Shown: piece after piece, positions 55,307 to 64,000 of the stretch
Layout: every line of letters starts with the position of its first letter
Position numbering within the stretch: position 1 is the first letter of the stretch
Assembly (NCBI RefSeq): GCF_009914755.1
Contig: NC_060940.1
Length of the DNA stretch: 64,000 bases
Source: the human T2T-CHM13v2.0 reference genome, Homo sapiens
Reading direction: 5' to 3' (one strand)
Notes under the pieces: model-generated
Told to the model about the DNA's origin: nothing
What the model saw: the letters and a program-made list of their open reading frames with translations, nothing else
The model's database searches: none
Made by a program: the position numbers and the translations under genes

Positions 55307-58300
55307 CACTCGATTCCATTTGATGATTATTCCATTGGAGTCCACTTAGTGAATCCTTTAGATTCTACTCGAAGATGATTCCATTCGAGTCCATTCGATG
55401 ATACCATTCAATTCCATTCGTTGATGCTTCCATTCAAGTGCATTCGATGATATCATTCGATTCCATTTGATGATAATTCCATTTGATTCCATGCGATGAT
55501 TCTATTCGATTCCATTCAATGATAATTCCATTCAATTCAGTGATTCCTCTGGACTCCATTTGATGATGATTCCATTCAATGATTCCGTTCGATTCTATTC
55601 CAAAATGATTCCATTTGAATCCATTTGATGATGATTCCATTAGATTCCATTTGATGATTCCATTCGATTCCATTTGACGATGATTCCATTCGATTCCATT
55701 TGATGATTCCATTCTATTCTATTCGATGATGATTCCATTCGATTCCATTCGATGATGATTGGATTTGATTCCATTTGATGATTTCATTTGATTCCATTCG
55801 TTAATGATTTCGATCAACTCCATTCGATGATTCCATTTAATTCCATTTGATAATGATTACATCCGAGTCCATTCGATGATTCCATTTGAGCCCGTTCGAT
55901 AATTCCATTTGAGTCCAATCAATGATTCCATTCATTTCCATTCAATGATTCCATTCGAGTCCATTTGATCATTCTGGTAGGGTCCGTTCGATGTTGATTC
56001 CATTGGAGTGCATTCGATGATTCCATTCGAGTCCATTTTATGATTTGATTCGAGTCCTTTTAATGATTCCATTCGATTCCACTCGATGATGATTTCATTC
56101 GAGTCCATTCGACACTTCCAATTGATTCCATTTGATGTTTCCATTCGAGTCCAATTGATGATTCCATTCAATTCCATTCGATGATGATTCCATATGATTC
56201 CATTCTGTGATGATTCCATGTGATTGCATTCATTGATGATTCCTTTCTATTGCATTCGATTATGATTCATTTCGTGTTCATTCTATGGTTCCACAGGTTT
56301 CCATTCGATGACGTTTCCGTTCGTGTCCATTCCATTATTCCATTCTATTTCATTTGATGATGATTCCATTCGATTCCATTCATTGGTGATTCCACTCAAT
56401 TCCATTCAATGATTCCATTCCATTTCTTTCAACAATGATTCCATTAGTTTCTATTCGATGATCCACTTGATTCCATTTGGCGATGATTCCATTCGTGTCC
56501 ATTCGATGATTCCATTTGATTCCATATGATGATGATTCCATTCGATTCCATACGATGATGATTCCATTCGAGTCCATTCAATGGTGATTCCATTCAATTC
56601 CATTCGATGATTCCTTCCGATTCCATTCGATGATGATGGCATTCGATTCCTTTCAATCATTCCCTTTGATTCCATTCAAAGGTGATTTCATTCAAGTCCA
56701 TTCGATAATTGCATTCGATTCCATTCTATGATGATTCCATTCGAGTCCATTTGATGATTCCATTCAATTCAAGTCAATGATGATTCCATTCGATTCCACT
56801 CGATGATTCCATTGGATTCCATTCGATGATGATTCCATTCAAATCCATTCGATAATTCAATTCAAGTCCATTCGATGATGATTCCAATCGAATCCATTCA
56901 AAGATTCCATTCAATTCCATTCGATGATGATTCCCTTAGATTCCATTCGATGATTCCACTTGATTCCATTTACGATGATTCCATTCGATTCCATGTGATG
57001 AATCCATTCAATTCTATTCAATGATGTTTCCATTTGATTCCATTGGACCATGATTGCCTTTGATTCCATTCAATGATTCCATTCGGTTCCATTTGATGAT
57101 GATTCCGTTCGATTCCATTTCATTATTCCATTTGATTCCATTGGATGAGTCCATTCGATTACATTCGATGATTATTCCATTCGAGTGCATTAGATGATTG
57201 CATTCGAGTCCATTCGATGATTCCATTCGATTCCATTCCATGTTGATTCTGTTCAAATCCATTCGATGATTCCACTCGATTCCATTCGATGACTCCATTT
57301 GATCCCATTCGATGATTTCCTGTGATTCCCTTTGATGATCATTCTATTTGATTCAATTCGGTGATTTCATGTCATTCCATTCAGTGATGTTTCCATTCGA
57401 CTGTATTCCATGATGATTCCATTCGACTCCATTCGATTATGATTTCATTCAATTCCATTCAATAATGATTCCCTTCGAGTCCATTCGATGATTCCATTCG
57501 ATTCCATTCAACGATGATTTGATTCGTTTCCATTCGATGATTCCATTGGATTCCATTCGATGATGATTCCATTCAAATCCATTCGATAATTCAATTCAAG
57601 TCCATTCAATGATTATTCCAATCGAATCCATTCAAAGATTCCGTTCAGTTCCATTCGATGATTCCCTTAGATTCCATTCGATGATTCCACTTGATTCCAT
57701 TTACGATGATTCCATTCGATTCCATGTGATGATTCCATTCAATTCTATTCAATGATGTTGCCATTTGATTCCATTCGACCATGATTGCCTTTGATTCCAT
57801 TCAATGATTCCATTCGGTTCCTTTTGATGATGATTCCGTTCGATTCCATTTGATGATTCCATTTGATTCCATTGGATGAGTCCATTCGATTATATTCGAT
57901 GATTATTCCATTCGAGTGCATTAGATGATTCCATTCGAGTCCATTCGGTGATTCCATTCGATTCCATTCGATGTTGATTCTGTTCAAATCCATTCGATGA
58001 TTCCACTCGATTCCATTCGATGACTCCATTTGATCCCATTCGATGATTTCCTGTGATTCCCTTTGATGATCATTCCATTTGATTCAATTCGGTGATTTCA
58101 TTTGATTCCATTCAGTGACGTTTCCATTCCACTCCATTCGATGATGATTCCATTCGACTCCATTCGATTATGATTTCATTCAATTCCACTCGATAATGAT
58201 TCCCTTCGAGTCCATTCGATGATTCCATTCGATTCCATTCAACGATGATTTGATTCGTGTCCATTCGATGATTCCATTTGATTCCACTTGATGATGATTC

Positions 58301-61300
58301 CATTCGAGTCCATTTGATGATTCCATTCAATTCCATTCTCCGATGATTTCTTTTGAGCCCATTCAATGCTTCCACTCGATTCCATATGATGATGACTCCA
58401 TTCGATGAAATTCGATGATGATTCCATTCGCTTGCGTTCGATGATGATTCCACTTGAGTCCGTTAGAAGATTCTATTCAATTACATTCCATGACGATTCC
58501 ATTCGAGTCCATTTGATGATTCCATTAGACTCCATTCGACGATGATTCCATTCGATGTTATTCGATGATTCCATTCGATCTCATTCGATGATGATTCCAT
58601 TCAACTCCATTCGATGTTTCCATTCGAGTTCATACTATTATTCCATTAGATTCCATTCGATGATGATTCCATTCGATTCCATTTGATGATTGCATTCTAT
58701 TTCATTTAATGATGATTCCATTCGAGACCACTCGATGATTCCATTCGAGTCCATTTAATGAATCCATTGGTTTCAATTCTATGATGATTACTTTGGATTC
58801 CATTCGTTGATGATTTCATTCGGTTCCATTCAATGATGATTCCATTCAATTCCTTTCAATGTTTCCATTCAGTTCCATACGATGATGATTCCATTTGATT
58901 TGATTCGACAGTGAGCCATTCGATTCAATTCCATGATGATTCTATTTGATTCAATTGGTTGACATTTCCATTCGATTCCATTCGATGATGATTCCCTTTG
59001 ATTCCATTCAAAGATGATTCCATTCTAGCCCATTCAATCATTCCATTCGATTCTATTCAATGATGATTCCACTCATGTCGATTTGGTGATTCCATTTGAC
59101 TTCATTTGATGATGATTTCTTTCAAGTTCATTAGATGATTCCATTCGATTCCATTTGATGATGATCCCATTCGAGTCCATTCAGTGATTCCATTCGTTTC
59201 CATTCCATGATGATTCCATTCCATTCCATGCAATGATTCCATTCGATTCCGTTTGATGATGATTTCATTCGAGTCCATTTGATGATTCCATTTGATTCCA
59301 TTCGATGATGATTCCATTCGAGTCCATTCGATGATTCTACTCGAATCCACTTCATGATTTCTTTTGATTATAGTTGGTGATGATTCCATTGGAGTCCATT
59401 CAATGATTCCATTCGATTCCAATCGATGGTGATTCCATTAGAGTCCATTTAATGATTCCATTTGATTCCAGTCTCTGATGATTACATTCGAGTCCATACG
59501 ATGATTCCACTCAATTCCATATGATGATGATTCCATTCGATTCCATTCGATGATTCCATTCTATTCTATTCAATGGTGATTCCATTCGAGTACATTAGAT
59601 GATTCCATTCGATTCCATTCAATGATGATTCTATTTGTGTCCCTTAGATGATTCCACATGATTCCATTAGATGATGATACTATTTGAGCCCATCCAATGA
59701 TTCCCTTCGATTCCATTCGATGAGGATTCCATTCGATTCAATTCATTGGTGATTCTATTCAATTCAATTCTTTGATTCCATTCCATTCCATTCGACAATG
59801 ATTCCATTCGATTTCTTTCGATGATTCCACTCGATTCCACTTGACATTGATTCCATTCGATTCCATTCAATGATTCCATTTGATTCCAGTGGATGATGAT
59901 TGCCATCGATTCCATTCGATCACTCCATTCTATTCCATTTGATGATGATTACATTCGATTCCATTTGATGATTCCATCTGATTCTATTCGAGGATTCCAT
60001 TTGATTCCTTTCGATGATGATTCCATTCGAGTCCATTCGATGATTTCATTCGAGTACATCCAATGGTTCCATTCGAGTCCATTTGATGATTCCATTTGAT
60101 TCCATTTGATAATGATTCTACTAGAGTCCATTCAATGACTCCATTGGAGTCCATTCAACAATTCCATTCGACTCCATTCGATGATTCCATTCGAGTCCAT
60201 TTGATGATTCCATTCGAGTCCATTTAATCATTACAGTCGAGTCCATTTGGTGATTCCACTGGATTTCTTTTGATAATGATACCATTCAATTACATTTGAT
60301 GATGATCCCATTCAATTTCATTTGATGATGATTCCATTAGAGTCCATTCGATGATTTCATTCGAGTCCCTTCATTGATTCCATCCGATTTCATTGGATGA
60401 TGACTCCATTCGAGTCCATTCGATGATTCCACTCGATTCCATTAGATGATTCCATTGGAGTCCATTTGATTGTTCCATTCGATTCCATTCGATTCCTTTC
60501 GAAGATTATTCCATTTGAGTCCATTCGATGATGATTCCATTCCATTCCATTCGATGATTCCGTTTGATTCCATTCGATGATTCCCTTCGATTCCTTTCTT
60601 TGATGATTCCATTCCATTCCATTCAATGATTATTTTCGAATCTATTCCATGATGATTCCTTTCGATTCCATTCGCTGATGTTTCTGTTCAATTCCATTCG
60701 ATGATGATTCCATTCGATTCCATTCATTGAGGATTCCATTTGATTCCATTAAATGATGATTCCGTTCTATTCCATTCAATGATTGCATTCAATTCCATTC
60801 AATGATTATCCCCTTAGAGTAAACTCAACGATTCCATTCAATACCATTCGATGATGATTCCTTTTGAGTCCATTCAATGATTTCATTCAAGTCCATTTGA
60901 TGATTCCTTTCAATTCCATTCTATGATGATTCCATTCGAGTCCATTCGATGATTCCATTCGATTACATTCGATGATTCCATTATATTCCATTCAACGATG
61001 ATTCCATTCGAGTCCATTCGATGATTCCATTAGAGTATATTTAATGATTGCTTTGTTTTCAATTCGAAGATGATTACATTGGATTCCATTCTATGATGCC
61101 ATTCGATTCCATTCAATGATGATTCCACTCAAATCCATTGGATGATTCCATTCGTGTCCATTCGGTGATTTCATTACATTCCATTCGAGGATGATTCCAT
61201 TCGATTCCATTCGATGATTCCATTTAATTCCATTCGATGATGATTCCATTCCCGTCCATATGATCATTCCATTTGATTTCATTCGATGACGATTCCATTC

Positions 61301-61743
61301 GATTCCATTCGATGATTCCATTCTATTCCATTCGATGATGATTCCATTCGAGTCCATTCGATGATTCCATTCGAATCCATTTAATGATTCCATTGGGTTC
61401 AATTCAATGATGATTACATTGGATTCCGTTCTATGATTCCATTCAATTCCGTTCATTGACAATTTGATTCCATTCGATGATGATTCCATTTGAGTTCATT
61501 CGATGATTCTATTCGATTCTCTTCGATGGTGATTCAATTCTATTATATTGGATGATTCCATTCGATTCCATTTGATGTTGATTCAATTCGATTCTATTCG
61601 ATGATGATTCCATTGGATTTCACTTGATGATTCTATTCGATTCCATTCAATGATGATTCACTTCTCGTCCATTGGATGATTCCATTTCATTCCATTCGAT
61701 GATGATTCCATTCGATTCCATTCGATGATTCCATTTGATTCCA
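55307..61743 (+). repeat. Long-variant unit copy 9 (6862-bp type, truncated at 3' end)
   Basis: ORF offset 52805 to 59667 = 6862 = 6813 + 49. Carries the 49-bp, 16-bp and 731-bp additions. Colinearity stops at ~61743, before the CGGTGAGCAA marker. Confidence 0.9.
56795..58259 (+). repeat. Internal tandem duplication (734 + 731 bp) in copy 9
   Basis: ORFs at 57014 and 57745 (+731). Same junction as copy 8, at ~57529. Confidence 0.9.
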
Positions 61744-63018
61744 CTTGATGATGATTCCATTCGAGTCCATTTGATGATTCCATTCAATTCCATACTCCGA
61801 TGATTTCTTTTGAGCCCACTCAATGCTTCCACTCGATTCCATATGATGATGACTCCATTCGATGAAATTCGATGATGATTCCATTCGCTTGCATTCGATG
61901 ATGATTCCTCTTGAGTCCGTTAGAAGATTCTATTCAAATACATTCCATGACGATTCCGTTCGAGTCCATTTGATGATTCCATTAGACTCCATTCGACGAT
62001 GATTCCATTCGATGTTATTCGATGATTCCATTCGATCTCATTCGATGATGATTCCATTCAACTCCATTCGATGTTTCCATTCGAGTTCATTCTATTATTC
62101 CATTACATTCCATTCGATGATGATTCCATTCGATTCCATTTGATGATTGCATTCTATTTCATTTGATGATGATTCCATTCGAGTCCACTCGATGATTCCA
62201 TTCGAGTCCATTTAATGAATCCATTGGTTTCAATTCTATGATGATTACATTGGATTCCATTCGTTGATGATTTCATTCGGTTCCATTCAATGATGATTCC
62301 ATTCAATTCCTTTCAATGTTTCCATTCAATTCCATACGATGATGATTCCATTTGATTTGATTCGACAGTGAGCCATTCGATTCAATTCCATGATGATTCT
62401 ATTTTATTCAATTGGTTGATATTTCCATTCGATTCCATTCGATGATTATTCCCTTTGATTCCATTCAAAGATGATTCCATTCTAGCCCATTCAATCATTC
62501 CATTCGATTCTATTCAATGATGATTTCATTCATGTCGATTAGGTGATTCCATTTGACTTCATTTGATGATGATTCCTTTCAAGTTCATTAGATGATTCCA
62601 TTCGATTCCATTTGATGATGATCCCATTCGAGTCCATTTGATGATTCCATTCGTTTCCATTCCATGATGATTCCATTCCATTCCATTCAATGATTCCATT
62701 CGATTCCGTTTGGTGATGATTTCATTCGAGTCCATTTGATGATTCCATTTGATTCCATTCGATGATGATTCCATTCGAGTCCATTCGATGATTCTATTCG
62801 AATCCATTTGATGATTTCTTTTGATTATATTTTGTGATGATTCCATTGGAGTCCATTCAATGATTCCATTCGATTCCAATCGATGGTGATTCCATTAGAG
62901 TCCATTTAATGATTCCATTTGATTCCAGTCTCTGATGATTACATTCGAGTCCATACGATGATTCCACTCAATTCCATATGATGATGATTCCATTCGATTC
63001 CATTCCATGATTCCATTC
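61744..63018 (+). repeat. Out-of-register unit fragment (equivalent to copy-1 positions ~8292-9563)
   Basis: Starts CTTGATGATGATTCCATTCGAGTCC..CATACTCCGATG, contains the GAGTCCGTTAGAAG and CAGTCTCTG markers, and ends before CTATTCTATTCAATGGTG. Confidence 0.88.
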
Positions 63019-64000
63019 GATTCCATTCAACGATGATTTGATTCGTTTCCATTCGATGATTCCATTGGATTCCATTCGATGATGATTCCATTCAAATCCA
63101 TTCGATAATTCAATTCAAGTCCATTCGATGATGATTCCAATCGAATCCATTCAAAGATTCCATTCAGTTCCATTCGATGATTCCCTTAGATTCCATTCGA
63201 TGATTCCACTTGATTCCATTTACGATGATTCCATTCGATTCCATGTGATGATTCCATTCAATTCTATTCAATGATGTTGCCATTTGATTCCATTCGACCA
63301 TGATTGCCTTTGATTCCATTCAATGATTCCATTCGGTTCCTTTTGATGATGATTCCTTTCGATTCCATTTGATGATTCCATTTGATTCCATTGGATGAGT
63401 CCATTCGATTACATTCGATGATTAATCCATTCGAGTGCATTAGATGATTCCATTCGAGTCCATTCGATGATTCCATTCGATTCCATTCGATGTTGATTCT
63501 GTTCAAATCCATTCGATGATTCCACTCGATTCCATTCGATGACTCCATTTGATCCCATTCGATGATTTCCTGTGATTCCCTTTGATGATCATTCCATTTG
63601 ATTCAATTCGGTGATTTCATTTGATTCCATTCAGTGATGTTTCCATTCGACTCCATTCTATGATGATTCCATTCGACTCCATTCGATTATGATTTCATTC
63701 AATTCCATTCGATAATGATTCCCTTCAAGTCCATTCGATGATTCCATGCGATTCCATTCAACGATGATTTGATTCGTGTCCATTCGATGATTCCATTTGA
63801 TTCCACTTGATGATGATTCCATTCGAGTCCATTTGATGATTCCATTCAATTCCATTCTCCGATGATTTCTTTTGAGCCCATTCAATGCTTCCACTCGATT
63901 CCATATGATGATGACTCCATTCGATTAAATTCGATGATGATTCCATTCGCTTGCGTTCGATGATGATTCCACTAGAGTCCGTTAGAAGATTCTATTCAAT
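63019..64000 (+). repeat. Out-of-register fragment of a duplication-bearing unit (equivalent to 57500 onward)
   Basis: Contains the 731-bp duplication junction at ~63048. Offset to copy 9 is 5519 (ORF 57745 vs 63264). Shares the GATGTTGCC and GGTTCCTTTTG alleles with copy 9. Confidence 0.88.

Larger units (their letters stand above)
1..64000 (+). repeat. Human Satellite II (HSat2/HSATII) tandem array, probably HSat2B subfamily
   Basis: The entire window consists of CATTC-derived modules (CATTCGATTC, CATTCGAGTC, CATTCGATGATTC, CATTCGATGATGATTC) with abundant TCGA. This distinguishes HSat2 from (CATTC)n-rich HSat3. The ~6.1-kb higher-order period matches what is known for HSat2B, but the subfamily is inferred, not searched. 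Confidence 0.97.

Noticed and set aside
380-63946. All ORFs in the six-frame track as protein-coding genes
   Set aside because: They are low-complexity translations of the satellite, overlap in several frames, and open or close between copies through single substitutions and frame-breaking 10/13/16/26-bp indels.
1-64000. CRISPR array or repeat-spacer system
   Set aside because: There is no invariant direct repeat alternating with unique spacers, and no cas-like ORFs. The variation is degenerate monomer mutation.
1-64000. HSat3 or alpha satellite
   Set aside because: Perfect CATTC runs are at most about three units, CGAT/GATGAT interruptions dominate, and no 171-bp monomer is evident.
1-64000. 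Strand inversion or Alu/L1 insertion
   Set aside because: CATTC stays on the + strand throughout, and I saw no poly-A tail, GC-rich block or non-satellite stretch.

Overview
The whole 64-kb window is human/primate pericentromeric Satellite II (HSat2/HSATII): degenerate CATTC/CATTCGATTC/CATTCGATGATGATTC repeats, with CATTC on the + strand throughout. I see no genes, RNA genes, transposon insertions or inversions. All ORFs in the track (MESNGIIEW-type) are artefacts of the stop-poor GAATG strand. The array has four parts. (i) 1-6061 is a diverged, non-periodic flank. (ii) 6062-48493 holds seven near-identical higher-order units of 6027-6109 bp; this ~6.1-kb period is typical of HSat2B, best known from chr16q11.2. 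(iii) 48494-61743 holds two longer variant units (6813 bp and a truncated 6862-bp type) with an internal 731-bp duplication. (iv) 61744-64000 is a rearranged tail. I found no new coding system. The real interest is a readable evolutionary record. The last ~1.1 kb of the unit is colinear with the flank but lacks three flank segments (about 2015, 105 and 2832 bp). One 27-bp site is reused as a breakpoint, several units are chimeric, and the small indels follow a 10/13/16-bp grammar. All alignments were done by eye.
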